From Oculina patagonica (lineage: Eukaryota), in contig NC_135761.1 of assembly GCF_052425735.1 (NCBI RefSeq), forward strand, positions 23,746,001-23,810,000: 64,000 nucleotides of DNA, in the 5' to 3' direction. A program made the translations under genes and the position numbers. Below the pieces are notes generated by a model. It saw nothing but the letters and a program-made list of their open reading frames with translations. It was not told the origin of the DNA and did no database searches. Positions 1 through 14,200 of this stretch are shown here, one piece after another (position 1 is the first letter of the stretch; the number at the start of each line of letters is the position of its first letter).

Positions 1-1694
1 ACATTAAAAGAGAAAATTCCAAGTTCAAGTTTTGAGGATAGAAAATGAAGTAGCATGTTGCGTCACAATAGCAATGTTAGCATTCTGTCATTTGGTACCC
101 GAGTCTGTTAAAAAAATGCAACCTCTGTCAATTATTCAAATTGCTGAACTGTTTAAAACAAACTGATAGAGCAATGGACACAAATACAGTCTGACTCAAT
201 GGAGTTTCCGGTTTTTTTCTCTTAATTTCTTTTACCTACTCCGAACAGCAAAAATGTACTGTACATTAATTACAATACTAAAACAATAAATAATGTTATG
301 AGAGAGGCCTAGAAGCTACTTAATTAACTGACAAACATGCTTATTTCTTCGTCTGGATTTCTAAATGTTATTTTTAATATTGAATTATTAACAATGTGTT
401 AACTCAGTTCACACTGGGCATTTCATCAAAACACCCACTACAGTAACTGGTTAAATAGTAAGACATATACCATTCCAAGATTGTATACTATCCTTACTGG
501 AAATATCAAAGAATTCAGTGGAAATGAAAACCTATTCAGCAGAAAATCATTTAAAATTGAATTGCTGTAAGATCTTTTCACAGAAAAAAGAAATTTAAAT
601 TACAAAAACCCACCAGTTAATTTATTCGTAACCATTAACTGTGCTAATGGCTTGGATCTCTATTTATGTACTGACTTCATAGAATAGCCCAAGGTAATTA
701 CCTCCTTTGACGCATCCCGCCTAAAAGCCACCCTTCTAATGTTATAAAGTGAACGCGTCTTTATAACCAAGGATGATGTTACTTTCAGTTTGTTTCCTTC
801 AATAGTAGATTTCAAAGACATTAACGTGAATTGAACCAGCTTTGTTTCAGGATGTAAAAGAGATGCAGTCAATAAGTATTGTATAGTGCAGGTGGCAATA
901 TAATGTTTATGATAACTTTCCCAAACCACAATTAAAGCCAAAGCAGTCCATTACTTTAATAGCTGGTCGATTCACATGTATAATCTGACATCAGCTTGTT
1001 TTTAAAGCATTTGATCATCTACTAAAGCAATTTCCTCTGAAGGCAGGACACTTCTAACATCAGCTGGTGTTCTGACTGAATATTTAATCCTATAACACAA
1101 AGCGCTACCTCAAGGAAATGAAATGTTTGTGAGATGTGAAAATGTTGTATTTACATACTGACTGCTACATGCTTTTAACAACACTTTTGCCACTAATTGC
1201 TTGAATCACTGGCAATTTTAGCTAAGCATAAATTTTTACAATTTTTTTTTCATTTAACACACATGAAATGGTGTGCTTTTAGAAGGGCAATAACTTACTG
1301 CTCATAGAAAATTGATTCAAAATCTTCCCAATTTCATTCCCTAAAAAGATTCACAGAGAAATAAATAAGATTTTTGTGTAAAAGTCGACAAAATCGAGAT
1401 TGAAATTGTGGTGAGGCAAATTAAATACCAAATCTGTCTCACCATCCAATTTCCCAACATATGGTGAGTGTTTATATTTCAAAATTAAAACAAGAAATTC
1501 TAAATCCCAAACAAAACTTTTCCAATTGCCAATTGTATTCTCTATATTTTTTCTTTAACACAAACACTAATGTAAAATGTTGCTACCCAACCAACAGCAA
1601 CAAAAGAAATTTTGCGAACGTGAACAAGAATCTTTTTCAAGTGAAATTGATTGTATGTATCTACATGAAATTGACCTCAGTGTTTCTTCAAAGG

Positions 1695-2438
1695 CTAACC
1701 TTCTGATTTCGGCGGCGTAACCCAACCATATTTTTCATGAGTCTTTACTAATCGTTTATAAGCTGATTCTGCTTCTTTCTTAGAAAATGCCTTTTTAGTG
1801 GATCGGTCGATTCGTCCTTGACCCTTTACCACAGCGGCCGAAAATTGTAATACTATCGCTTCTACTGTGTACGCACTGCTCCATCCTTTGGGAGTTAAAA
1901 GTTCCATGCAGATCGCACCGCCATCTAAAACAAACCCGCCTTCAATTCGTGGCGCAGAAACTCGCATGAACGGAGGTGCGAATGGAAAATTGTCGGGAAA
2001 CGTAATATTCAAAAGAATAAACTTGGTTCCGGTTTCAATCATGTCTCTGTATAGCAAACTATCCGTGTCGACTTTGTATAATTTCACGTTCCACTCGAAA
2101 AGGTTATCTTCGACAAGTTCTGCTGAAAACAATTTGTTATCACACCGCATGGTAACGTCGTGAAATTCCTTCATGAGACGTTTTGCTCGCACCCTCTGTG
2201 CATGAGAAGAAGACATTTCCCCTTCGCCGACTTTCACACCATTACTTGTCCCTTGAGATTTCGCCGGATAAGCATTTAGGTGTCTTGTTTCGTTGCTCTC
2301 TTGAGTTTGATTGCTTATCTCGCCATCCTTTCGTTCGTTCTTGTGATCGGTGTCTCCTTTTGCCTTACATCCATTCTTGTCCGTACCGTCCGCATTCCGT
2401 GATTCGCGTCTTACCAGTTTTCGAAACACGGACGCCAT
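1695..2438 (-). CDS. UBE2QL1: Ubiquitin-conjugating enzyme E2Q family-like protein 1, single coding exon, 247 aa
   Basis: RLMKEF...FEWNVKL...NITFPDNFPFAPPFMRV...GGAICMELLTPKGWSSAYTVEA...LVKTHEKYGWVTPP closely matches vertebrate UBE2QL1 as recalled; catalytic Cys in GAICMELL; start context caaagATGGCG. Confidence 0.93.
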   Translation of the reverse strand: MASVFRKLVRRESRNADGTDKNGCKAKGDTDHKNERKDGEISNQTQESNETRHLNAYPAKSQGTSNGVKVGEGEMSSSHAQRVRAKRLMKEFHDVTMRCDNKLFSAELVEDNLFEWNVKLYKVDTDSLLYRDMIETGTKFILLNITFPDNFPFAPPFMRVSAPRIEGGFVLDGGAICMELLTPKGWSSAYTVEAIVLQFSAAVVKGQGRIDRSTKKAFSKKEAESAYKRLVKTHEKYGWVTPPKSEG

Positions 2439-2909
2439 CTTTGAATTGTCCGTAAAAAGTAAAATTCGAAGAGGGCGACAAGAACACCACGTATTGGTTA
2501 TATCCGTGCTTGAAATAAAACAGTCTCAGAGGTTAAGCAGCAGACTTGAAATTTACGCCACTCTCGAGCTAAATTCTAATTGATTCCTGTTGCGACATTA
2601 AAATAAACATGAACTAAACGACACATACAACATCCATCGAGCTCCTCTGTCTCTTTCGTCAACAACAATAAATCTCCGGAGGAGCGCAATGAGTTGTGGG
2701 AGGTTTTTTTATCGCCCACACAAAGAAAGCCAGCGGTATCAACCAATTCTTAACCAAAACGAGGCAACCGTTTGTAGACTGGGTACCAGACCAAAAACGA
2801 GCGAACCCGCCATTTTCGAAGAAGTTGAGTTGGTTGAGTTGGTTTGTGTTCATGTTTTACCTTTTCCCCGAAAAGATGAAATTTGGATGAACGCTGCTGG
2901 TTTATGCAA
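2439..2909. promoter_or_regulatory. Putative bidirectional promoter between UBE2QL1 and TONSL
   Basis: Divergent starts about 470 bp apart; locally CpG-rich; YY1-like cgccatttt near 2808-2816. Confidence 0.55.
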
Positions 2910-5900
2910 ATGGAAGCAAACCTCCAAAGGGAGCTGAAGCGTATGTTTTCATTTTTGTTTGCTTTTAAGGTTATTTTAGGTCAAAATGCCTTCAAACTGG
3001 TTTGATTTGAGTTTAGGAATAAGTGTAACCAGTCTTGACACAGTGATCTTAATTTTGAAATCATATTATTCATTGTTTGATTTGATTTAGAACTTAATAA
3101 AAGAAAAATTAAAGCTCAGGAAAAAGGAGATCTAGCTGAAGAAGCCAAGTTGTGTAATGCAGTGGGAGAATTACTTTTTCAATATGGTAAGAAAATTAAA
3201 TTATAGAGGAACCTTGATTATAATAATTTAAGCTTCAGAACCTTTTACATGCCACTGGTTATATTGTTCTTGTTTAGTTGAGGTCTAAACAGTGGTCATC
3301 ACAGGATAATAACGTTGTTTGTGAGAACTTTTTTATTCTTATACCGTAAAATTCCAGTTATAAGCCCCCCCCCAGTTATAATCCCCCCGCTTATAAGCCC
3401 CCCCAGTTATAAGCCCATCTACCTGAAAACAAAAGAATACATCCGATTATAGATTATAAGCCCCCCCCCCCCGGATATAAGCCCCCCTCTACCAGATGAC
3501 AGTACTGAACATGGCTAAATGTTGCTTTATTATGCGTTTTTAACTTAAAACGTATTTCGATCAACACTCCCGTGGCTCTTTTCGAAACGATTTTTTCATT
3601 CCGCTTATAACCCACCCGGACATAAGCTTCTCCGCTTATAAGCCCACCCAAAACCCCTTACGAAGTTGTATAAGCCCAGAGCTTATAACCGGAATTCTAC
3701 GGTATCTTATTTTAGATGGTGGCTGATAGTTTTTTTTTACTTTATTATTTATCATTTTTTGCAGGGGGTAATCAGGTTGTATTTCAAACAATTAATTGCA
3801 GAACAGATGTTAAATACATTTATAATAAGCTTGCATTGCAGAGAAATCCAGCTGTTGTTACTGTTACTGTGATTCAAGCTTATGTTAAATACGTGGGAAG
3901 TTCATGTTATAAAATTTTCAAGTACTGGTAAAATTAGAAAAATTGATTATAAACTGTATTACTTCAGGTTATTACGAGAAAGCTGTTAAAGAACACAATA
4001 GGGAAGTACAATTATCTGAAGCAGGCCAGGACACCATTGGAACTGCCATTGCTCACAGAAAAGTAGGAGAATGCCTGTGTGCCCTGAAAAAGTACAAGGA
4101 AGCACTATTTCACCAAAACTTGCATCTTGAGGTATGTGATAGACTGTGAGCAGATTGTTCTTTTCATGTGGCTTGGGACTCGTGGTTTAATTACCACAGT
4201 TTAAAAACTTGTGAAATTTTCTTTGTTTTGCAGCTATTGTTTTCTTGCACCAAATTGTGTTTTGAGGTTCTTTGTTGTCTTGTTCAGTCATTGTTTTATG
4301 CAGGGTTTGTATGCTTTCAAGGCCTTGAAAGTACTTGAAATTGGTTTTCGGTCCTTAAAAGTCCTTGATATTTTCATGGAACGTCAAAAGGCTTTAAGGC
4401 AATGAGAAGACCGCCAAAATATGCGATTTTTTCAGTTCTTCAGCAAGCACATCAATGGCACAACAGACTGGAAATCGTTGATTTGGGGTAAATTTCATGA
4501 AAAAAAGTCCTTGAAATTTCCAAGAAGGGTCCTGGAAAGTTCTTGAAAAGTCCTTGAATTTTTGGCCTGAAAAAGTGCACGAACCCTGTTTATGGCACTG
4601 GTGACTAAGTGTAGTAATGCAAAACCATGAGTCACAAAGCGTGAAGCAAAAACAGTGAATTACTTTTGATACTTAAGTGAAAAATGCTCTATCCAACGGA
4701 GCGGTAGTACTCCTAACCACTTTAAGCTATAGAAAAGGTGATACCACAGCATTGGGGTCAATTACTTTAAGCCTGAATGTAGATTGATGTTAATTGTATA
4801 TTTCCACCACCTCCCACATGCATTGTAACTCACTTGGCCGTGTTTAAAATAACTTTCACTTAGGCATTCCATGCAACATTCACAACAAACTCCATCTTAT
4901 ACATGTTTCATTTTTTTTGAAAGCTCGCTCAATCAGCTGGGAACCTTGTTGAGGAACAGAGGGCCTTAGCTACCATTGGTCGCACATGGTTTGTCCACTC
5001 CGATGACGCCACCAACAGTGATGAAGTCGAGGAGTGCTTGCTTGAGTCACAGACAGCTTACCTAAAGAGTCTAGCTGTCTGCGACAAATTACGGGAAACT
5101 GTTTCAGAGAAGGAATTGTTGGAAATGAGGTCAAGGTTGTATTTGAACCTTGGTCTTACCTATGAAAACCAGAAGGATTCCTCTAGGGCAAAGAGTTTTA
5201 TGGAAAAGGCCTTGATCATTGCAAAGTAAATGATTTGTTTGTTCATAAAATTATTCCCTGGTTGTTTTCAAGGATCATTTTTACCAGTTGCACTGTAAAT
5301 TGTAAACACCAGTTGAAAACAGCCGAGTGATTTTCAATCTGGCCTCTTTCCACAGAGAACAAAAGTTAAAGGACACTGAATACCTCTGTTTGTTTTCAAT
5401 TGGGAGTGTTCGGATGAAATCTGATGAGGATGCACATGCTTTGAGGTGCTTTGAGCAGGCATTACAGGTGGCTAGACATGGAAACAAGAAGTTTGATGAA
5501 GCAGATGCTTTAGCTATGTTGGGAAAGGTAAAACCGAAGATTTTCTGTTTTTGGAAGCAAAATAATTATTGTTACATCATATAAATTATTGTAAACACAA
5601 GTCAGAATAAGAATCCAGATACTGGTCTATAAAGGATGTCTGGAAACTTACAAAAAGTTTCTTCCTTCCTGCGTGGTTTTGCAATAAACCTTTTGGTAAT
5701 AAGTTTCTTCTGAATCTAACCCACAACTTGCTTTTACATTAATGCAACAAAGTCGGGTATGTGTTTACAAAAAATCCCACAAGTCATGTCTTAAGCATGT
5801 CACATGGGACAATCTAAAATTGTTCTGTCTCAACTAATGTGTGTGGGGTAAATTGAGACAGTTAGGCAATCTTTATTCCACTTTTTGAAAAAAAGCTATA

Positions 5901-8237
5901 AAGGGCATCTTGATTCCTTTTGTTTTTAGGTTTTCCTTAAACTGGGAGAATTTTCAGCTGGTCGAAGCAATTTAAAGAAAGCATATATTATTAATAAAGC
6001 AAAAAGATCAGATGATATGGAGGAACTAAAGTCAAGTTTAGCCACAGGTAACACCAGCATGATAGAGCTCAGTTTTTCATGGTCTGTAATTTTCCATGGC
6101 AAATAAAAAGACAAATTTGTAAACTCCCACTTTCCTTTGCACATTCAATTCCTGTCCAGCCCGAAAGACGTCAGTCCGTAAATTGACCTTGAGTATTCTG
6201 TACTAAAGACAGTTCAACAGATATGTGTAGTGTATTTGATTGGGAGATACTTGGGAATAAAAATTCAAAACCTTGCAGCAGCTAATCAGAGGCAGACACT
6301 ATATCAATCGCTGTAGAGCTATATGCAAATCATGTCTCAGTACATGTATTTTAGGGTACATACAGGTCAGTCATGGAAGTTTAGAATTCCCTTTTTCAGT
6401 CATGGAAAGTCCTGGGGGCCATGGAAAGTCATGACAAATGATGTTGATTAAACTGTACAAAATAAATTAGGTTTTATTTTGTGACAAAAATGGGAAAAAC
6501 ATGCCCAAAATGAAGATGATTTCCAAGAAAATGGTCAAATTTAGCTCATGGAAAACTTGGAGAAGTCATGGAAAAGGTCAAGGAAAGTTTTGGAATTTCT
6601 AAACCTCAAAAGAGTATGAACACTGTATTTGTAGTATTTTGGGAGTTAAATGTCAGAGGAAGAATTCAACATGCAAAGAGAGATTAAGCTAGCAAATTTG
6701 TGGTGTAACATTTTCAATTAATGGAATGTGGTCTTCAGTGGCTTGTCAACAGACAAATGTCAGTGGTGATGACAATGTGGCAGAGTAGTTATTTATTCTT
6801 ATTTATATTTTATTTATTTGTTTCTTATTGAATTTCTCATATAAATGTAATTTAAATTTAAATCTATTCATTTCCTCTTTTCTCTTAGCTATCAAAGGAA
6901 TAAAATTTCAGAGAAAACATGCAAAACTCTCAGATTATTCTCTGGATGAACAGATTAAAATTTTGGATACCCTTGGTGACCTGTACTGCCAAGCAAAGGC
7001 TTACCAAAAAGCTCTTGGCTGCTACAAGAAGGAGGTATTGCTATTCATCACTAGCACTTGTTGTTATTTGTTGTTTCACTTCAATTTGCTGTTGATTGTG
7101 AACAGGTTCTTTGAGTACAGTATAAAATGAGGTTTTTCAGCCCAGAGCTTATCTGAGATTGTAATGGAGGGTGGACTTATACCTGGGGAGGGCTTATAAG
7201 CGCAAGATATTTGTTGCCTGCTTCTTTTTGAAGTGTAATGTTCTGTGAGGATATATGGAGGAGGGCTAAAGTGGGAGGGCTTACAACTACCATTTTATGT
7301 TATTGTGTAACATACATACACACTGATTGAACTCTCACCTTGACCAATGAAATCTTCATTTTGCAGCTCGAACTTGCCAAAGTGGCAAGGAAAACTCACA
7401 AGGAGCTGTCACCCATCTATGTGTCTCTAGCAATAACATACTTTGATCTAAAGTGCCCAGCTGATGCTATCAACTGTTACATGGAAGAACTGGAAATAAT
7501 GGAGGAAAGGAATTACAAAGAGGTAAAGTTGTGTTTTTCACCCTTATGCATAGGGTCTAACACCTTGTCACAGTTTGGACGCCTCCTTGATGGGTAGGCA
7601 ACGCTGTCAGAAATTACAGTATTTGTATGGGAAATCAGATGGCAAATAATTGTTCCAATAAATGAATTTTGAACAACTTATGAATTGTAAAGTTAGATAC
7701 TAGGCAAAAGATTTTCTTCCAAATTTGAAGAAAGCAGCTAAGCTAGAAAGCATTCAGCCAAATGTATGGAAAATTTCAAACATAACTGGATGCCTTCTAG
7801 AACAGCCACATCCCTCAAATTTGGAGAAAACAATCCTTTTCTTAGTATCTTAACTTTATGATTCATAAACTGCTCGGAATTCAATCTTTGCAAAAATTAT
7901 TTGCCATCGGATTCCCATACAAACACTGTGAATTCTGACAGCATTGCCTACCCCTCAAGATGGTGTCTAAAAAATTATTACATGTACATGTATGTCTTTC
8001 AAAATAGTTCTATGATGCAACCCAAAGTACCCCCCTCCCCCCCCTCCCACACACACACACAGGGGCATTCCATGGAATGGTCCATTTTACAGTTGCCTGC
8101 CAAGTGACCTGGCCTTTGTATGGTAGTGAGGCTGGAGGTGACCTTGCATTGATACAAACCTCTCTGCTTTATTATGTAAATGCAAACTAGTTTGCATCAA
8201 AACAACATGATTAACACAACAAAAGCAGCGAGGTCTG

Positions 8238-8268
<31 letters not shown>

Positions 8269-11200
8269 CCATTCAAAGGCCAGGTCACTGAGAAGACAAC
8301 TGTAAAATGGTCTATTGCTTGCAGGGTTCGCACGCGCCTTGAAAGTCCTTGAACCTCAAAATAAAAATTCAAGGCCTTGAAAGTCCTTGAAGTTGGTTTT
8401 CGGTCCTTGAAAGTCCCTGATTTTTTTATTGAACGTCAAAAGGCTTCACGGCATTGAGAAGACCGCCAAAATAAGCGATTTTTTTTAGTTCTTCGGCAAG
8501 CACATCAACTGTTGATTTGGGGTAAAAGAAGTCCTTGAAATTTCCTTGAAGGGTCCTCACTCCTGGAAAGTCCTTGAAAAGTACTTGAATTTTTGGCCTG
8601 AAAAAGTGTACGAACCCTGTGCTTGGAGCAAACTAACTAGATCCAACATGTTGCTAGGAAAGTGCTTAGAATATCGACTTTTCTGCATTTGATATACCTG
8701 TCCTTCTGGGCAGAGTGAAGCTTGCAAGTACCAAGTGAAAACCGCTCTATTATGTCTACAGTTTCTTTTGAATAGTTCTTTTTTTAAAAAACAACTTCTG
8801 ATAAAAAAGAGTATAAATCCATTTCTCCACATGAAATTTTGTATGGTGTTTCTGCTATCAGAAGTACCAAAGCGTAAAACTTCCAGAAACCCTTTTAACT
8901 TTCAATTGTTCTTCTTCCTTGTTTACAGATGTGTGACACATGGTGTAACATTGCTTATGTACATGAAAAAGCAGGGCATGACTATGAAGAAATCAAAGAT
9001 GCTTACGTCAAGGCTTTGGCATATGCAGAGCAGTCTGGAAGGTCACAATCTGTGGTAGGATTACGATTTAATTGATTATTAATTTTTAAGTTGTATTCCC
9101 AACAAAGTAGACTGAATTATGTGAGTGTGTAGTTTCTTCAGTGTGTATAATTTCCATGTCAACAGACAGATTGATATCTAATTCGTAGTTATCAAAGGTC
9201 GTTATCAAATGTGAATGTCAGCAAGCAGCACAACTTGAAAATGAAACTCGGAACTTTTAATAAGATTTGAAGTACTTGGCTGCCCTTGTCCAGCACCTGT
9301 TGTGACAGAGAAACATAAGAAAATGGAAACCATCTCAATTTTATAGAGATGAACAAATTTTAGTTGGTGATTAAAAAAAAAAATACTTGCTGGAGCTCAA
9401 GCAGGTGCCAGATGTTATTGAAAGTCCTTGAAACTTGACTGTACCTATGTGGCATCTGTGTGTCACAATTTACTAAAACATGATTGACTGACTTGTGCTG
9501 GAATTATACAATACAATACTTTAATTTGACACTCACCTTACTGGGCTTTTCAGTGACAATAAATTACAACAATTTTAAAATTATAAAAATTACAATGATA
9601 AACATTACAATGATAAAAAATTACAATGATAAAAATTTGGATAAAATGAATTACTCCTGGGAATTAATCTATGTTAAAAACTCCTCCATTAATTTTGATT
9701 TTAAATGAAATTTAAAAGATTAAATAGTTTTGAGAGTTTTTAAGTTCGATGTGAGATTATTCCAAATGTTCACTGTTCTATAATGAAATGGTCTTTGACC
9801 AGAGGCAGATTTAAAAAGGGGAATATTTAAAAGCTGGCAGTTCCGGGTCGCTCGATTGGTGATTTTGTTGCGGGTGGTGAACTGATCGCTAAGATAGCGA
9901 GGCGCGCATCCAGACATACATTTAAAGGCTAACACAGCGTCACGAAGGTAGAAAGGTGTTGGGAGGTGCCAGTTTAAAATAATTTCGCTGTTTATAACAT
10001 GTATTTTAAAAAATAAATAGTCTAATAGCGATGCTCAAAGTGATGCTCTCCCTATCTTCTTTGTAAGTTATAAAACTTGATTCTTCCTTGATCATCAGTG
10101 ATGCTATATTTATGATACCTGTAAGTTATAAACCTTCTTAACAGGATTACACACCAATGTTTTTCAAACTGTGTCTTACAAATAATTTTCTTTTTACTAA
10201 ACAGCTTAGGGTTTGGAAATGCCTGGCAGATACTCAGCGGTTATTTGATCTCACAGACAAATACAAGAAGTCACTTGATAAAGTTGCAGAACTTCAAACT
10301 CAGTTTGGTATTGAAGACATTAGTGATGACAGTGATGAAGAGGGAGAAAATAACAATAGTAATGATGAAATAACAGAAGTTTTGTTAGAAAAAGAGTTAC
10401 TTCTATCAGAATCTGGTAAGTTGTGTTTGTGATATTCAGAATACTGCGTGTCTGTGGTTTGAAGTTGTTTTTGGTTTGAAAGACAGTTTTACTTTCAATT
10501 TTCTTTTTTTGTGTGTCACTGACATTGACTTTTTGGATTATCTACAGTTAATATTTTGAGAACTTAACATCGCTCTGAACCACAATGACAATTTTTTTTT
10601 AAACTTTGCCCGAAGTTGTATTTTGACATGTTGATCATAACTCAACAATAAAAAATGGAGGTCACCAAGCTCATTTTTGAGTAATAAGCACTGAAAGCTA
10701 AAATTAAGGGTGTTTTAAATTTAAAGGTAATAATGTTGCTATGGTAAACACTTATGTCAAGAAAATTGTCACAACTTGTCGACCAATTACCGGTATAGGG
10801 CATTTGTTTCATACCATTTCTGTAATAGCAGTTGATAAAGGGTTGTAATAGTGGTACTGAGTTATCAAAGTATAAGGTCTGAAAATTACTGAAAACAGTT
10901 ATCAGCCACCTAAAATGATCAATCTACATGTAAATAGTGAAATGCAACCTAATTCTGCAATGTCCCAGAATTGCTTCAATATTTCAAGGTGTCACAACAA
11001 ATCAAAATGCATTTGCCTTGGAAAAAGATGGTCAAACATTTCTTGTTTTTTTGTTTTTGTTTTAGAGGATGAAGATTGTGATGGTGATAATGAAGGGGAA
11101 GGGCCTAGATCTAGAAATAATTCCAAACCCCTAAGGACAAGAAGTCAGGTAAATCAATTTTCATTTCAGCAGTAAATGGTTACCAACTGAAATAAACTAT

Positions 11201-14200
11201 ATAAAGCATATGAGAGTAAGAAACAAGGTTATATACAGTTTGTTTCCTTCTGGACAATGAAGGAAGGTTACAGATAAATATTCTAGTCTGTTTGCAGAAA
11301 AAATATGTAAATGAGAAAGGGGAGACACCACTGCATGAAGCTGCAATTGCTGGAAATTCACAGCGTGTTAAAGAGCTGTTAGAAAAAGTAAGTTAGTCAT
11401 TCTCTTTTCTCATGATCCCATACAGTCAAAACCGGCGAGTAAGAACCTAATTTTTAAAGATGATTTCCAGTCTGTACTGCGCAATCTCCGCCTGCAATGT
11501 TTGTGAGTCTCACAAACAGAAGAATGTTTACTAGCAAAAATAAAAATTCCGGGACAAAACTTACCTTCTTCTTCATTATTAACGCCAGATATCCTTGCAA
11601 AACAATAATAACGAGTAAAAGAAGCTCGACGGTATTTCAAACGGACGTTTTAGCTCATCGTGAATTCTTGAATGAAACAATCCGTAATGGCGAACTAAAA
11701 AACTTCATGTACGCTATCACCGAAGTGTAACGTTTCAACGAATTCAAAACAAACATGAAAACAAACCCTGAGTCTGCGCATTACGGACTGGAAATCATCT
11801 TTAAGAACCTGCTTAACGAAATGCTAAAAGGAGATCAAACTTTTGAATAGGTATCAGATATGTTGCACAGTTAAAAATCTTTCAGTGAACATTATGGGGA
11901 AGAGTATTCTTGATATCTAGCTTTTCAAATTCACTAGTAGATAATTGGTGCTTGCGCCATGTCCCATCACATCAGCGCATGTGGTCAAGTTGAAGGTATT
12001 TGTTGCAGTTAATTTTTGATCTCAGTTAATTTTCAAATTTTACCTAGTTAGCTTTTTTCTAACTAGTTAATTTTTTATACTAGGTAAATAATAGGGTTAG
12101 GGTATGGGTTGGAGTCATATATTTTTAAAAAATAGTGGTTCATCCAACATTTCCTACATGGCAAAGTGGTAAGGTGTTGGACAGCAAATCCAGAGGTCAA
12201 GAGTTCAAATCCAGTGCAGGTTAGTAAAAAGAAAAAAAAAATGATAGTACTTAGGGGAGGGGGATAATGTTAATAGCAGATAGTAGGGGGGAGGGGTGTT
12301 AGTAAAGATGGGGGGTAATGAGACATCAAGGGAGGGGATGTGTATTGCTTTTTCTACTTATTAACCTAGTATATAAAAAAAACTAGTTAGAAAAAAAACT
12401 AACTAGTTAAAAAAAAATTAACTGAGATCAAAAATTAACTGCAACATATTCATCAGCGTCCACCCATGGGCAAATAGTAGATGCTAAATTAAACAATCAG
12501 AGTGTGCGCTTTACTTAAGTTGTTCCGTAATATTAATTTGACATACTTCTTTCCTTCATTCTTTTAGGGAGCTGATGTGAATGCAAGAGATTACTGTGGC
12601 TGGCTGCCCATTCATGAAGCTTGCAACCATGGCCACTTAGGTTTTGTTCATGCCTTATTTAGCACTTATGAAACTAGCATATTATATAAGGAAGGATTTA
12701 TCGGGAAAATGATAATCAGAAGAATCTGACACAATTTCTTTGATTTTCTTCATGTACAGTAAAAACCCGCGTATAAGAACCTAACATTTAAGAACCTGTT
12801 AGGCTAAAATTTCATTTTTAAGCACCCTTCACATAAGAACCATATTAGGCTAAAATTCTAAAACAGGTTTTTATTTTCGAAAAAGAAAAAAATAATCTTC
12901 TCAAAAATATAGAATTAAAAAATTTTCTCAAAAATATATATTTATAACACAGTCTGTACACATTATAGTTACAGCACAGTTACATAAAACTTGTCCTCCT
13001 TGAATATAATTATTAACTGAGATGAACAGATGAACCTTATGAAATCACAGAATACTGTTATTGGACATTAAAGACCAGATCATTTAAAAATTCTACTTTA
13101 TTTCTTGAACAAAAGTTAAGAACCTAATTAAGAACCTAGTTTGCCAATTTTACAGTAAATACCATTTATATAAGAACCTGTTTAGGCTAACTTAAAAAAA
13201 CTTAGGTTCTTATACGCAGGATTTTACTGTAACCAGGAACACTGTTCAAAAGTCGACGTAAATATACCGGCGGTAGTAGTCGGTATACAAATTATTTTTT
13301 CTCCTTTAAGTTGGAATCCAGAAGAAACCTGGATGCTGGATGTTCATCTAACTTATAGCCTGACCTTCCTACACATTTGGCTGAGTTTATTTTTTAATTT
13401 TGTCATAACACTGCTCCTACTTGGTCAAACACCAACCACTCCCAAGCAATAACTAAATCCTAATTCTTCTTTAGATTTTTATATTAGAGATTCAAGTTTT
13501 TGAGAATTAACTTAAGTCACTGATCATACGAGGAAAAACTTTACTTAAAGCCAAATGTAAAAGCGTTGAGAGGAGATTTTGGTTGTGATTACGTGACTAA
13601 AAGACTTGTATCTTTTGTACAGATGTGGCCAAGCTTTTACTTATGGCAGGGTCACATGTCAATGACCAGAGTGGTCAACACTGCTGTGGCATCACACCAC
13701 TTCATGATGCTGCAGAGAATGGCCATTTGGATTTGGTAAAGCTCTTGCTGTCACATGGGGCATCCATCAATCTGAAGGATGAAAAAGTAAGTGGAAGGAG
13801 TGACTGTTAAGGGGGCAGTGTCACTGTCAAACGTGAAAACGTCGGTCAGACTATTTTAAGTTTAAGGCCAATCCCGTCCCATCCGCCCGTAGCCAAACCA
13901 CCTTTTAACAAATGTCCTGACTTCTACTGTATGTTTTAGCAACGCCAGCTACTATGGATATCCAATTAATACCAGCAACTTCATTGTATTTTCAAGTAGC
14001 ACTAAATCAAGGTGACTCTGTTTATTTAAGTATGATTCCCACAAAAATCTTGTCACGTAAATTGCTTTACAAGTTGAATTACATTTTAGATTTATATTCT
14101 TGGGTAATGCATTCTACATTAAGATGGCAAAGTCAAAATGGCAATATATCAAAAATCAAAACAGGAAACATTTTAGGAATAGTAGGTAAATCATAAAAGT

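Noticed and set aside
1867-2583. Plus-strand ORFs overlapping UBE2QL1, and similar antisense ORFs over the FBXL, TONSL and 37298 genes
   Set aside because: Shadow frames of real CDSs with no recognisable motifs.
12152-12220. Functional tRNA-Cys gene
   Set aside because: Acceptor and T stems pair poorly and U33 is absent; treated as tRNA-derived.
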